Notes under the pieces: model-generated | Seen by the model: the letters and a program-made list of their open reading frames with translations, nothing else | What the model was told of the DNA's origin: nothing | Database searches by the model: none | In this document: positions 46,224 to 56,501 of the stretch, in pieces | Layout: each line of letters begins with the position of its first letter | How positions within the stretch are numbered: position 1 is the stretch's first letter | Position numbers and translations under genes: made by a program | Source of the DNA: Syntrophales bacterium | GTDB lineage: Bacteria; Desulfobacterota; Syntrophia; Syntrophales; PHBD01 | Length of the DNA: 64,000 nucleotides | Assembly (NCBI GenBank): GCA_963668175.1 | Contig: OY764159.1 | Coordinates: 1,984,001-2,048,000, forward strand | Direction of reading: 5' to 3'

Positions 46224-47069
46224 ATGATCAAGATTCAGCCGGAAGAATTCAAGGTCTTCTCGCGGTACGTATACAACGTCACGGGAATCCACCTGGACGA
46301 ATCGAAGACCTACCTCGTCGAGACGCGCCTGGTCAACCTGTTCAAGGACCTGGGCGCGACGTCGTTCAGCGAGCTTTACTACAAGGCCACGTCCGACGCC
46401 ACCAAGGTTATCCAGCGCAAGATCGTCGACGCCATCACCACGCAGGAGACCCTTTTCTTCCGGGACGCCTCGCCCTTCGAACTGCTCCAGTTCAAGATCC
46501 TGCCCGACCTGATCGACAGCCGGACCCGCGGCAAGACCGGCATCATGCCGACGTCGATCCGGATATGGAGCGCCGCCTGCTCGACGGGCCAGGAAATTTA
46601 CAGCATCGCCATCACCCTCAAGGAACTCCTGGGCGACATCGGCAAGTACCGGATCAGCCTGCTGGGGACCGATATCTCCGATTCGGCGGTCGCCAGGGCC
46701 AGCAAGGGCGCCTACAACAAGTTCGAGATCGAGCGCGGCCTGGCGCGGGAGAAGCTCGTCAAGTACTTCACGCCGGACAAGGACGAATGGAAGATCCGCG
46801 ACGAGGTCCGGGCGATGGCGACCTTCCGGAAGGTGAACCTCATGGAGAATTTCGTTACGCTGGGCCGCTTCGACATAATCTTCTGCCGGAATGTGGCGAT
46901 CTACTTCACCGAGCCGGACAAGGTGAAGCTCTTTACACGCTTCAAGGATGTCCTGGAGCCCGACGGCTATCTCGTCATCGGCTCCACCGAATCCCTGACG
47001 GGCCTGAACGTCCCCTTCGAGCCGAAACGCTATCTGCGGTCGGTCTTCTATCAGATCAAGGCGACCTGA
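46224..47069 (+). CDS. cheR: Chemoreceptor methyltransferase CheR
   Basis: TTQETLFFRD, WSAACSTGQE and IFCRNVAIYF. Confidence 0.95.
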   Translation: MIKIQPEEFKVFSRYVYNVTGIHLDESKTYLVETRLVNLFKDLGATSFSELYYKATSDATKVIQRKIVDAITTQETLFFRDASPFELLQFKILPDLIDSRTRGKTGIMPTSIRIWSAACSTGQEIYSIAITLKELLGDIGKYRISLLGTDISDSAVARASKGAYNKFEIERGLAREKLVKYFTPDKDEWKIRDEVRAMATFRKVNLMENFVTLGRFDIIFCRNVAIYFTEPDKVKLFTRFKDVLEPDGYLVIGSTESLTGLNVPFEPKRYLRSVFYQIKAT

Positions 47070-47528
47070 GCATCCCGGGCGTCTGCCTAACCGCGCGGCG
47101 CCGTCCGCTCGCACCGGACAATTTCGTAGAAATTCGCCTGGCCCCTTTATGGGTGAAACCTCCCGCCCCCGGCGACTTTATTGTCCGGTATTTCCGGACA
47201 AATCCGGAAGATCGCACGCACGGCGCTCCGGAGGCATTTCCGGTCGGTCTTTAACGTGCCCGTCGGTCATCGGGCCGGACTTCTCGGGCATTATCCTCCT
47301 ATTCCCACTTCAAATCCGCCACGTATGCCCGGAATAATAAAATTGTCGATGTAGATTTTGCTTTCTCTGTGGTATATATTAACAAAGTAGGCTTCGCCTC
47401 GTCAGAAAAAGCAAAACGTCATTCTTTACCTGATTTTAGAACTTCTTTTCAAAACACAACGCCACAGCAATAATAGATTCACCTGCGTCGCTTGGATTCC
47501 GGCATTAAGTATCGTTTTATTTGTCGAT

Positions 47529-50500
47529 TTGGAGCATAAGGTGACGGACAAGCAGCTTTCCACAGACGATAAGTCCAATCGGCGGAAGAACTTGCTTGTT
47601 TCCGTCGTCTTGAGCTTTATCGTCTTCTCGTTGTCGGCATCCTATCTCTCCTACGAACATTTTCAGACGTCCGTAAAAAGGGCCGTGACGGACGACCGGG
47701 AAAAAGTCCAGTTGTTCTCCCTGATCCTGAAGGAATACATCCAGAGAATCGTGAATACCATGGAGTCCTACGGCAGGCGTCAGTCCTTGATCAAGGCGGT
47801 CGGGGAGAAAAACGCCGCGGCCGCCCGGGGGCACATGATAGACCTGTCCGAAAGCGACCCCGATATCAATCTCCTGTTCATCGCCGACAAGAAGGGGACG
47901 TTGTGGTTTTCGTATCCGTACTATCCGGAGCTGGTGGGAAAAAATTTCGACCAAAAAGAAGAGTATAAAATAGTGAGCAAAGACTGGAAGGTATATGTAT
48001 CCGACCTGTCGGCGAGATTAGTCGGAGAAAAGGACCCCGCCATCCGGATTTTCGTTCCGGTTTTCGATTCGTCCGGCGAAGTGTTGGGCATTATCATCAA
48101 CACGCAACAGACGACGCAGTTATCGAAGATATTCCAGCAGGTAACGCTGGGCCGCGGCGTGCATGTCAGCGTCACAGACAGAAAAGGCAGGCTGATCTAC
48201 AGCAGCAGATCCTCATACATGGAGGGAGGAAGGGCCTATCCGTTCTTCCATGTAACCGGCGACTCGAAGGACAGGACGGCGACCGTGGCCGATCCTTCTG
48301 AAGGAGGCGCCGGCCGATACATTGCGTTCGCGACCTTGAAGGATATCGGCTGGAGCGTTTTCGTAGGAAGGAGCGGGTATTCCATCTTCGCGGCGGAGCT
48401 TTCGTTTTACATCCAGGTCACCGTCATAGCCGCCCTGCTGTTTGCCGTTTTCAACATCGCCGTTGTCCTGCTGCAAAAAAATGCGGAAACACAGCAGCTG
48501 CGGTCGAGGCTGGAGGCGGAGGAAAAACTGCGGGAGAGCGAGGACCGGTTCCGAGCCATGTTCATGACGGGGGCTGTCGCCTGTTTCATCGGCAGGGAGG
48601 ACGACGGGACGATCGTGGAAGTCAACGACCGCTTCCTCGAGATGTACGGCTTAGCGCGGGACGAGGTGACCGGCAGGACGTCCCTCGAACTGGGAATGTG
48701 GGCGATTCCCGAAGCCAGGGCGGAACTGATGGCGGAGGTCAGGGCGCGCGACCGCGTGGACAACTTCGAGGTCCTGGCGCGCCGCAGGGACGGGGAAACC
48801 TTCAACGCGCTTTACTCCATCGGCCGGCTGACCCACGCAGGCTCGGCGCTAATCGTAGGAAATATCAGCGACATCAGCGAACTGAAGCGGGGGGAAGACG
48901 CGCTGCGGAAAACCGCCGAACAATTGACGATGGCACAAACGGCCGCCAATATGGGCGTGTGGGACTGGAACGTTGCATCGGGCCGTATCGAATGGTCGCC
49001 GCAGATGTTTACCCTGTTCGGCATCGACCCGCTAAAGGCGGAAGCTTCGTTCGAGGCATGGAGAAAGGTTCTTCACCCCGAGGATGCCGAAATCGCGGGG
49101 CGGAGAATTGAAAAGGCCTTACAGGAAAAAACGACGCTGAACAGCGATTACAGGATCGTCATTCCGGACGGCCGGATTCGCTGGATCAACGCCGTCGGCG
49201 AAGGCCGATACGACGAACGGGGGCAGCCGGTCAGAATGATCGGCATCTGCAGCGATATTACGGAAAGGAAGAGGACGGACAGGGCCTTGCGGGAAAGCGA
49301 GGCGCGCTTCAGGGGCTATTTTGAGCTGCCGACGCACGGCCTGGCCATTACCTCTCCGGAAAAGGGATGGATTGAAGTCAATACCAGGATCTGTACACTT
49401 TTGGGCTACAGCAAGGACGAGATCAGGAAGTTGACATGGTCGGACATGACGCACCCCGACGATCTCGACGCGGACGTTGCGCAATTCAACCGCGTTCTTT
49501 CCGGAGAGATCGATCAATACAACATGGACAAGCGATTTATTCGCAAGGACGGATCGATAATCTGGACGAACCTGTCCGTCGGATGCGTTCGGAACCCCGA
49601 TCGTACCGTGGATTATTTCATCGCCCTCCTCGAAGACGTCACCGGGCGCAAGCAAGAGGAGCAGACGCGCCGGGAACTGGAGGAGAGGCTGCTGCGCTCC
49701 GAAAAGATGGAGGCCCTGGGGCTCCTGGCGGGAGGCGTCGCCCACGATTTGAACAACACGCTGGGCATCCTCGTCGGCTATTCGGAGCTGCTTCACGACG
49801 ACCTGGATGAAGACGACCCGCGCCGGCAGGACGCCCTGAATATCGTCAAAGGGGGCGAGCAGGCGGCGGCGATCGTCCAGGACCTTCTCGCGCTGGCCCG
49901 CCGCGGCATTCAAACCAGGACGGCCGTCGATCTCAACAGGATCGTGAGGGAATATCTCGAATCCCCGGAGCATCTGAAGATAGCCGCCCTGTATCCGAAT
50001 GTCCGTGTCGAAGCGGAACTGGAGGACGGCCTGCTGAAGATAACGGGCTCGAAGGTTCACCTGTCGAAAACCCTGACGAACCTCGTTTACAATGCGGCCG
50101 AAGCAATGGCTTCGGGAGGCGAAATCGTCATACGGACGGAAAACCGCTATCTGGACAAGCCCGTATCCGGTTACGAAGAACTCAGGGAAGGGGATTACGT
50201 CGTCCTGACCGTGTCGGACGAAGGGGGAGGCATGACCGACGAGGAAAGGAAGCACGTATTCGAACCTTTCTATACGAAGAAGATCATGGGACGAAGCGGG
50301 ACCGGCCTCGGTCTTTCCGTCGTCTGGGGAACCGTGAAGGACCACGACGGCTATATCGACGTCGAAAGCGAAGCGGGCAGGGGAACGTCGTTTCATCTCT
50401 ACTTCCCGATGACGCAGGACCGGGAAACGGAAGAAGATGCCGCTCCAACGGCCGAGGCATACGCGGGCCGCGGGGAAAAGATCCTCGTGGTGGACGATAT

Positions 50501-50837
50501 CGCGGAGCAAAGGAACATGGCGCGCCGTATTCTGGAAAAGCTCGGCTATGAAGTCCATACAGAGGCAAGCGGCGAGGACGCCGTCGACTATCTTAAGACT
50601 CATGAGGCCGACCTGGCGGTCCTGGACATGATCATGGACCCGGGGATCGACGGTCTCGATACCTTCCGGCGAATGCGGGAAATCAATCCCTGCCAGAAGG
50701 CCGTCATCGTCAGCGGATTTGCCGAAACGGATCGCGTAAGGGCTGCCCATTCCCTGGGGGCGGGCGCCTTTGTCAGGAAGCCTTACATCAAGGCGCGGAT
50801 CGGTCTGGCCATCCGGAAGGAGTTGGACGGAAAGTAG
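47529..50837 (+). CDS. Membrane hybrid histidine kinase (Cache-3xPAS-HisKA-HATPase-REC)
   Basis: Two TM segments, GGVAHDLNN, GRSGTGLGL and REC (VLDMIM). Start uncertain (GTG 47541 possible). Confidence 0.92.
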   Translation: MEHKVTDKQLSTDDKSNRRKNLLVSVVLSFIVFSLSASYLSYEHFQTSVKRAVTDDREKVQLFSLILKEYIQRIVNTMESYGRRQSLIKAVGEKNAAAARGHMIDLSESDPDINLLFIADKKGTLWFSYPYYPELVGKNFDQKEEYKIVSKDWKVYVSDLSARLVGEKDPAIRIFVPVFDSSGEVLGIIINTQQTTQLSKIFQQVTLGRGVHVSVTDRKGRLIYSSRSSYMEGGRAYPFFHVTGDSKDRTATVADPSEGGAGRYIAFATLKDIGWSVFVGRSGYSIFAAELSFYIQVTVIAALLFAVFNIAVVLLQKNAETQQLRSRLEAEEKLRESEDRFRAMFMTGAVACFIGREDDGTIVEVNDRFLEMYGLARDEVTGRTSLELGMWAIPEARAELMAEVRARDRVDNFEVLARRRDGETFNALYSIGRLTHAGSALIVGNISDISELKRGEDALRKTAEQLTMAQTAANMGVWDWNVASGRIEWSPQMFTLFGIDPLKAEASFEAWRKVLHPEDAEIAGRRIEKALQEKTTLNSDYRIVIPDGRIRWINAVGEGRYDERGQPVRMIGICSDITERKRTDRALRESEARFRGYFELPTHGLAITSPEKGWIEVNTRICTLLGYSKDEIRKLTWSDMTHPDDLDADVAQFNRVLSGEIDQYNMDKRFIRKDGSIIWTNLSVGCVRNPDRTVDYFIALLEDVTGRKQEEQTRRELEERLLRSEKMEALGLLAGGVAHDLNNTLGILVGYSELLHDDLDEDDPRRQDALNIVKGGEQAAAIVQDLLALARRGIQTRTAVDLNRIVREYLESPEHLKIAALYPNVRVEAELEDGLLKITGSKVHLSKTLTNLVYNAAEAMASGGEIVIRTENRYLDKPVSGYEELREGDYVVLTVSDEGGGMTDEERKHVFEPFYTKKIMGRSGTGLGLSVVWGTVKDHDGYIDVESEAGRGTSFHLYFPMTQDRETEEDAAPTAEAYAGRGEKILVVDDIAEQRNMARRILEKLGYEVHTEASGEDAVDYLKTHEADLAVLDMIMDPGIDGLDTFRRMREINPCQKAVIVSGFAETDRVRAAHSLGAGAFVRKPYIKARIGLAIRKELDGK

Positions 50838-51048
50838 ATCGATCGGCCCGCGGGCGATGACGCAGCCGCTGTTTTTCGGGACGCGTGTTTTCATCGATGC
50901 GCCGGGGAAGCCTTCGCAGCGGACAGTTGTTTGGGCGGCAGGTCATGCGCCGGGCGGCATCCGGCATATCGAAATCGAAGATCGCGGCATGCGGACGAGC
51001 CGTAAACCGACGGAGACGCCGGACGATTTTCGGAAAGGGAGACGCGTA

Positions 51049-51963
51049 ATGAAAATCTTCATCACGGGCGGAACCGGGTTCGTCGGCGGCAGCCTGACGA
51101 GGGCATTCGCCGGCCGGGGCCATCGGGTCACGGTTCTCGACAGGACGGTCAAGGGCGGCCGGGATTTTCCCGCCGATGTATCCTTCATCGAAACGGACAG
51201 CACGGTCCCGGGGCCGTGGCAGGATGAAGCCGCGCGGCACGACGTCCTGATCAATCTCGCCGGGGCCTCGATCTTCAGCCGCTGGAACCAAAAGACGAAA
51301 GAGGCCATCTACCGGAGCCGCATCCTGACGACGGAAAACCTAGCGGAGGCCGTTTCCCGCAGTCCATCAGCCGCGGCTATGCGCCTCTTCAGCACGTCGG
51401 CGGTGGGTTATTACGGATTCCGAGAAGACGAGGACATCACGGAGGAAGCGCCGCCGGGCGTCGACTTTCTCGCCTCCGTGGCGAAAGACTGGGAGGCCGC
51501 CGCCAACGGTGCCGCACGGTACGGCGCCAGGGTTGCCGTCTGCCGATTCGGCATCGTCCTCGGCCGGCGGGGGGGCGCCCTGCAGCAGATGCTGCCTATC
51601 TACCGGGCCTGGCTCGGCGCTCCGCTGGGAAGCGGCGGGCAATGGTTTTCCTGGGTGCACGAGCAGGACCTCGTCGACATCTTCCTTTTCCTGATCGACC
51701 GGCAGGACGCCGCGGGGCCGTTCAACTGCTCCGCCCCGCTTCCCGTGCGCAACAGCGAGATGACCAAGGCCATAGGCCGGGCGCTCGGCGTGCCCACGCT
51801 GCCCATCGGCGTTCCGGGTTTCGTGTTGAGAATCGTCCTCGGCGAATTCGGCAACGTCCTCCTGAAAGGGCAGAAGGTCCTGCCCAAAAGGCTCGGCGAA
51901 CTCGGCTACCGTTTCCGTTTTCCGGCGATCGACGAAGCCCTGGCGGACCTCTTGAAAAAATAG
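51049..51963 (+). CDS. TIGR01777-family NAD-dependent epimerase/oxidoreductase
   Basis: ITGGTGFVG, INLAGAS, SAVGYYG, GSGGQWFSWVH and GQKVLP. Confidence 0.9.
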   Translation: MKIFITGGTGFVGGSLTRAFAGRGHRVTVLDRTVKGGRDFPADVSFIETDSTVPGPWQDEAARHDVLINLAGASIFSRWNQKTKEAIYRSRILTTENLAEAVSRSPSAAAMRLFSTSAVGYYGFREDEDITEEAPPGVDFLASVAKDWEAAANGAARYGARVAVCRFGIVLGRRGGALQQMLPIYRAWLGAPLGSGGQWFSWVHEQDLVDIFLFLIDRQDAAGPFNCSAPLPVRNSEMTKAIGRALGVPTLPIGVPGFVLRIVLGEFGNVLLKGQKVLPKRLGELGYRFRFPAIDEALADLLKK

Positions 51964-52044
51964 CCGCGGCGCAGCCGGGATTTTCCGCGGGCGAAAGAAG
52001 CCGCGTCCGATAGCGCGCCGGAAGAAAGACAGGGAGAAGGACCC

Positions 52045-52992
52045 ATGGAAAAGATCCGCATAGGCATCAGCACTTGCCTTCTCGGCGAGAACGTCCGCTA
52101 CAACGGCGGGCATGCGCTGGACCGGTTTCTGCGCGACACCCTGGGCCGGTACATCGACTACGTGCCCGTGTGCCCGGAGGTGGAATGCGGCTTCGGCGTC
52201 CCGCGGGAGACCTTCCGGCTGACGGGCGATCCGAAGCGCCCCCGCCTGGTCACGACCAAAACGGGCGTCGATCACACGGAGAGGATGGAGGCCTGGGCGC
52301 GGAAGCGGGCGGACGAACTCGCGGCCGAGAACCTCTCCGGGTTCATTTTCAAGAGCGACTCCCCGTCGAGCGGCATGGAGCGGGTGAAGGTATACGACGC
52401 CAGGGGCGTGCCGCGCAGGGCGGGCGTCGGCGTCTTCGCGCGCATCTTCATGGAGCGCTTTCCCCTCACGCCGGCCGAGGACGACGGCAGGCTCCACGAT
52501 CCCGTCCTGCGGGAGAACTTCATCGACCGCATCCTCATCTACGGGGACTACCGCAGGATCATGGGGGAGAGAAAACCCGTCCGCGCCCTCGTCGAATTTC
52601 ACACGAGAAACAAGCTGATGCTCATGGCGCACGGCCCCAAGAACCTCGAAGGCATGGGCCGCCTCGTGGCGCAGTCGGGCGTGCTGCCCCGGGAGGAGAT
52701 CGTCCGCCGGTACGAGGGGCTCCTGATGGAGGCGATGGCCCTCAAACCCACGGCGGCGAAACACACGAACGTCCTCATGCACGCCATGGGCTACTTCAAG
52801 AAGGTCCTCTCCGCCGACGAAAAGCAGGAACTGCTTTCCGTCATCGAACAGTACCGCCGGGAAACCATACCCCTCGTCGTTCCCGTGACGCTCTTGAATC
52901 ATTACGTCAGGAAATACGATCAGCCGTACTTGAAGGAACAGACCTACCTCAATCCGCACCCCCCGGAGCTTCAGCTTCGCAACCACGTGTAG
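52045..52992 (+). CDS. DUF523 (2-thiouracil desulfurase-like) + DUF1722 (YbgA-like) protein
   Basis: GISTCLLGENVRYNGGH, VCPEVECG, KSDSPSSG, EDDGRL and YLNPHP. Confidence 0.9.
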   Translation: MEKIRIGISTCLLGENVRYNGGHALDRFLRDTLGRYIDYVPVCPEVECGFGVPRETFRLTGDPKRPRLVTTKTGVDHTERMEAWARKRADELAAENLSGFIFKSDSPSSGMERVKVYDARGVPRRAGVGVFARIFMERFPLTPAEDDGRLHDPVLRENFIDRILIYGDYRRIMGERKPVRALVEFHTRNKLMLMAHGPKNLEGMGRLVAQSGVLPREEIVRRYEGLLMEAMALKPTAAKHTNVLMHAMGYFKKVLSADEKQELLSVIEQYRRETIPLVVPVTLLNHYVRKYDQPYLKEQTYLNPHPPELQLRNHV

Positions 52993-53203
52993 CGGGGAAA
53001 CGGGGCGGAGTCTGCCGTATCTGCATCCGGAGCTTTTAGCGCAGGCGGGCAGGCGATATTCGCGTCCGGACGGATATACCCGGAAAATGCGGAATGAAGC
53101 GCCCGTGCGGCCGAACGGTCACGCGATATCCCCTTGGAACGATTAACTTCCGAGCCTTTCGCAAAATACCCGTTTCGGATTGAAGAAAAAATGGGGGCAC
53201 GAC

Positions 53204-53279
53204 TTGACAAAACGTCCGCCGTGCATTATATTCTGATTAAACTGATTATTCAGAAAAAACATAAATACCTGATAATTCA
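53204..53279 (+). promoter_or_regulatory. sigma70 promoter plus operator-like repeats of the hgc/ars operon
   Basis: TTGACA (53204-53209), 17-nt spacer, TATATT (53227-53232). Inverted repeat TTCTGA...TCAGAA (53231-53255). CTGATW at 53233, 53242 and 53269. Confidence 0.65.
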
Positions 53280-53294
53280 ACAGGAGGCGGGAAG

Positions 53295-53594
53295 ATGGCG
53301 AAAACGAGCACGAAGAAAGCCGCATGCTGCGGAAGCGGCCCCGGGACGGCAAGCTGCTGCCGCGTCGAGTCCCTTGTCAGCATCGACGAACGGGGACAGA
53401 TGGTCCTGCCCAAGGAGCTGCGGGACAGGGCGAACATCAAGCCCGGCGACAAGATGGCGCTCATCAGCTGGGAAAAGGACGGGGACGTCTGCTGCCTGTC
53501 CCTCATCAAGGCGGATTACCTGGCCGAGCGCGTCGGCGAATTTCTCGGTCCCATCATGGGGGGCTTAAGCAACCTGGGAGACAGGAAAAAATAA
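53295..53594 (+). CDS. hgcC: HgcAB-associated AbrB/SpoVT-fold protein with vicinal Cys pairs
   Basis: SIDERGQMVLPKELR...IKPGDK (AbrB fold), three CC pairs, CAGGAGG RBS, and position upstream of hgcAB. Confidence 0.8.
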   Translation: MAKTSTKKAACCGSGPGTASCCRVESLVSIDERGQMVLPKELRDRANIKPGDKMALISWEKDGDVCCLSLIKADYLAERVGEFLGPIMGGLSNLGDRKK

Positions 53595-53607
53595 GGAGGT
53601 GTCGGCA

Positions 53608-54441
53608 ATGCTTCAGGAGAACATCAAGAAGGCGGTCCGGGACCGCTACGGCGATATTGCGGCGAATGCGGGATCGTGCTGCGGTCCCAAGGCAGGTTGC
53701 TGCGGGGGCGGCAATACGGTTGAATCCATCAGCAGGGCGGTCGGCTACCGGGACGAAGACATCCGGGCTGTGCCCGAAGGGGCGAACCTGGGGCTGGGCT
53801 GCGGCAACCCCGTCGCCCTGGCGTCCCTGAAAGAAGGCGAGACGGTCGTCGACCTCGGCTCCGGCGCGGGGTTCGACTGTTTCCTCGCGGCGAGGGAAGT
53901 CGGGGAGAAGGGCCGCGTCATCGGAGTGGACATGACCCACGAGATGCTCGACAAGGCACGGGAAAACGCCCGGAAGGGAGACTTCCCGAACGTGGAGTTC
54001 CGCCTCGGGGAGATCGAGAACCTGCCCGTTGCCGACAACACGGCCGACATCGTCATCTCGAACTGCGTCGTCAACCTCTCGCCGGACAAGGGGCGCGTGT
54101 TCCGGGAGGCCTTCCGCGTCCTCAAGCCGGGCGGCCGCCTGATGGTGTCCGATATCGTCCTGCTCAGGGAACTGCCGAAGGAAATCGGCGAATCGGTTGC
54201 CGCCTATACGGGCTGCGTCGCCGGGGCGCTGATGAAAAACGACTATCTCGCGAAGATAAGCGAGGCAGGTTTTCAGGCGGTCAAGATCGATTCCGAAGCC
54301 CTCTTCCCGATGAAAGCGGTGATCGAGCATACCGCCGCCAAAGATGTTGCCTTGGGCGAAGGCACCCTGGAAGACGCGGCCGAAGCGCTTTCAACGTCCA
54401 TCGCGAGCATCAAGGTGTCGGCTGTCAGGCCGATGCCGTGA
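53608..54441 (+). CDS. arsM: Arsenite S-adenosylmethionine methyltransferase
   Basis: SCCG, LGLGCGNP, DLGSGAGFD, ISNCVVNLSPDK and YTGCVAGA. Confidence 0.92.
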   Translation: MLQENIKKAVRDRYGDIAANAGSCCGPKAGCCGGGNTVESISRAVGYRDEDIRAVPEGANLGLGCGNPVALASLKEGETVVDLGSGAGFDCFLAAREVGEKGRVIGVDMTHEMLDKARENARKGDFPNVEFRLGEIENLPVADNTADIVISNCVVNLSPDKGRVFREAFRVLKPGGRLMVSDIVLLRELPKEIGESVAAYTGCVAGALMKNDYLAKISEAGFQAVKIDSEALFPMKAVIEHTAAKDVALGEGTLEDAAEALSTSIASIKVSAVRPMP

Positions 54442-54474
54442 AACCCGATCGTAATAACAGGAAAGGCTGTTCAT

Positions 54475-55635
54475 ATGGATACCGACAAAGTTCCCTCGTG
54501 CGGTGGGAACAAAAACCGAATACTGCCTTCGCTGGCCGGCGCTCCCTGCGGCTGTTCGCTGCAAGAGTATTTCCATGCGAAAGGACCTGCTTTAAATCAG
54601 CGCTTTGTCGCCGGTTCCGTTTCCACGCCGGCGGGCCCGGTTCCGCGGGTGTCGTCGCAGCTGCACCGGGACGATTACATAGGGTCTTTCAAGGCCCGCT
54701 GGGGCGTGGGCAGGATGAACTATGCCGTCGATCCGGGGCTGTATGCCCTTGGCAATCCCGGCAGCGGTTCGCCCGTCCTGGCTTCGGCGAACTACAAGAT
54801 GAGCTTCGACCGGCTGCGGGAGTCTCTGCCGGGGACGGACGCCTGGATTCTGGTTCTGGACACTAAGGGCATCAACGTCTGGTGCGCTGCGGGCAAGGGC
54901 ACGTTCGGCACGGACGAACTGGTGGAAAGGATCGAATCGAGCGGCCTGAAAGAGATCGTCGGCCACCGGTTCCTGATCCTGCCGCAGCTCGCGGGGCCGG
55001 GTGTGGCTGCGCACGAGGTGAAGAAGCGCACGGGGTTCACCGTCCGTTACGGGCCCGTCAGGGCGCGGGACATCAAGGCCTATATGGATGCCGGTTTCAA
55101 GGCCGGCAGGGAAATGCGGCGGAAAGACTTCCCGCTCCGTGAGCGCATCGTCCTCATCCCCATCGAGCTTGTGGCCGCGCTGAAGCCCGCCATGTTCATC
55201 GTTCCCGTTTTATTGATCGTCGGCGGTTTCGGCGGCGGGAGCGGATTCGTCGGCAACATGCTTCATGACGGCATTTTTGCAGTGACCGCCTTTCTCCTGG
55301 CTATTCTGTCCGGCGCCGTCCTCACGCCCGTATTGCTGCCGTACCTGCCCGGCCGGGCCTTTGCATTGAAGGGGCTCGTCACGGGGCTTGCCGTCTACGC
55401 CGCGCTCCTCTATGCTTGGGGCGGCGATTTAAGGGGCTTGAGGGACGTCCTCTTCGGAGGGGCCTGGTTCCTTTTGCTGCCGGCCTTTTCCGCGTTTCTC
55501 GCGATGAACTTCACCGGAGCCTCAACGTACACGTCCCTCTCCGGCGTGAAGAAGGAGATGCGGTGGGCGCTTCCCCTGGAAATCGGTGCGGGCGTTTCGG
55601 GAGTTGCCTTGCTGATCGTATCCCGCGTTCTCTAA
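54475..55635 (+). CDS. hgcA: Mercury methylation corrinoid protein HgcA
   Basis: Cap-helix NVWCAAGKG, NYKMSFD, LILPQL, YGPVRA, and a C-terminal multi-TM domain with MNFTGASTYTSLSGV. Confidence 0.97.
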   Translation: MDTDKVPSCGGNKNRILPSLAGAPCGCSLQEYFHAKGPALNQRFVAGSVSTPAGPVPRVSSQLHRDDYIGSFKARWGVGRMNYAVDPGLYALGNPGSGSPVLASANYKMSFDRLRESLPGTDAWILVLDTKGINVWCAAGKGTFGTDELVERIESSGLKEIVGHRFLILPQLAGPGVAAHEVKKRTGFTVRYGPVRARDIKAYMDAGFKAGREMRRKDFPLRERIVLIPIELVAALKPAMFIVPVLLIVGGFGGGSGFVGNMLHDGIFAVTAFLLAILSGAVLTPVLLPYLPGRAFALKGLVTGLAVYAALLYAWGGDLRGLRDVLFGGAWFLLLPAFSAFLAMNFTGASTYTSLSGVKKEMRWALPLEIGAGVSGVALLIVSRVL

Positions 55636-55644
55636 GGAGACGAA

Positions 55645-55968
55645 ATGAAAGACTTCGAATATCTGAAGAATGTGGCGAGCCTCCGTCTCGATTCCGATAA
55701 ATGCACAGGCTGCGGCCAGTGCCTGGATGTCTGCCCGCATGACGTATTGGCGATGAACGAAAGGCACGTGCAAATCCGGAACCGCGACGCCTGCATGGAA
55801 TGCGGGGCGTGCAGCCGCAATTGCCCCGTGGGCGCAGTATCCGTCGAGGCGGGCGTCGGCTGTGCCGCGGCGGTCCTCAACGGCATGCTGGGCAGGCAGG
55901 GCGGCGCATGCTGCTGCAGCGTCGATCCCAAAAATCCTTCCGGGCCGGTCGGCGGCTGCTGTTCGTGA
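55645..55968 (+). CDS. hgcB: Mercury methylation ferredoxin HgcB
   Basis: Two CxxCxxCxxxCP motifs (CTGCGQCLDVCP, CMECGACSRNCP), GVGCA and a Cys-rich tail. Starts 9 nt after hgcA. Confidence 0.97.
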   Translation: MKDFEYLKNVASLRLDSDKCTGCGQCLDVCPHDVLAMNERHVQIRNRDACMECGACSRNCPVGAVSVEAGVGCAAAVLNGMLGRQGGACCCSVDPKNPSGPVGGCCS

Positions 55969-56011
55969 TAATGGGTATAGGCCACATGTCTTAATACGAA
56001 AGGAGGCGTCC

Positions 56012-56461
56012 ATGCCGGAGGAGATGAAAAAGAGGACGATGGAGCTGATGGCGGAGCAGCATTTCCATTGCAGCCAGGCCGTTCTTGCGGCCGGGCAGGA
56101 AAAGCTGGGGAAGGGCGGCGAAGACCTGGTCCGGGCCATGGGGGCCTTCGGCGGGGGCCTGGCGGCGAGCGGCGACGTCTGCGGGGCCGTGGCCGGGGCG
56201 CTTGCGGCCATCGGCCTGAAGTACGGGCGCGGCACGTCGGAAGAACGGGAAGACCCGCGCATGTGGACGGAAGGCAGGGCGTTCCTGCGGCGCTTCCGTG
56301 AGGAATGCGGCAAAGGCTCCATCTATTGCCGGGACATCGCCGGCGTGGACTGGACGGATGCGGAGGCCGCGAAGGCATTCTACAAAAGCGACAGGCTCAA
56401 GGACTGCATCGGCATGTGCGGCGACGCGGCGCGCCTTCTCGGGGAGTTTCTCGAAAAATGA
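56012..56461 (+). CDS. C_GCAxxG_C_C family putative redox-active protein
   Basis: HCSQAV, FGGG, VCGAVAG, YCRDI and DCIGMC. AAAGGAGG RBS. Confidence 0.88.
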   Translation: MPEEMKKRTMELMAEQHFHCSQAVLAAGQEKLGKGGEDLVRAMGAFGGGLAASGDVCGAVAGALAAIGLKYGRGTSEEREDPRMWTEGRAFLRRFREECGKGSIYCRDIAGVDWTDAEAAKAFYKSDRLKDCIGMCGDAARLLGEFLEK

Positions 56462-56501
56462 TTGTCCCGCGTCCGTGCGGCGGAAGGATAGAGGAACGAA
56501 A

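Noticed and set aside
53608..56461. Selenocysteine recoding in ArsM, HgcA, HgcB or the C_GCAxxG_C_C protein
   Set aside because: The key positions are ordinary Cys codons and the frames are uninterrupted.
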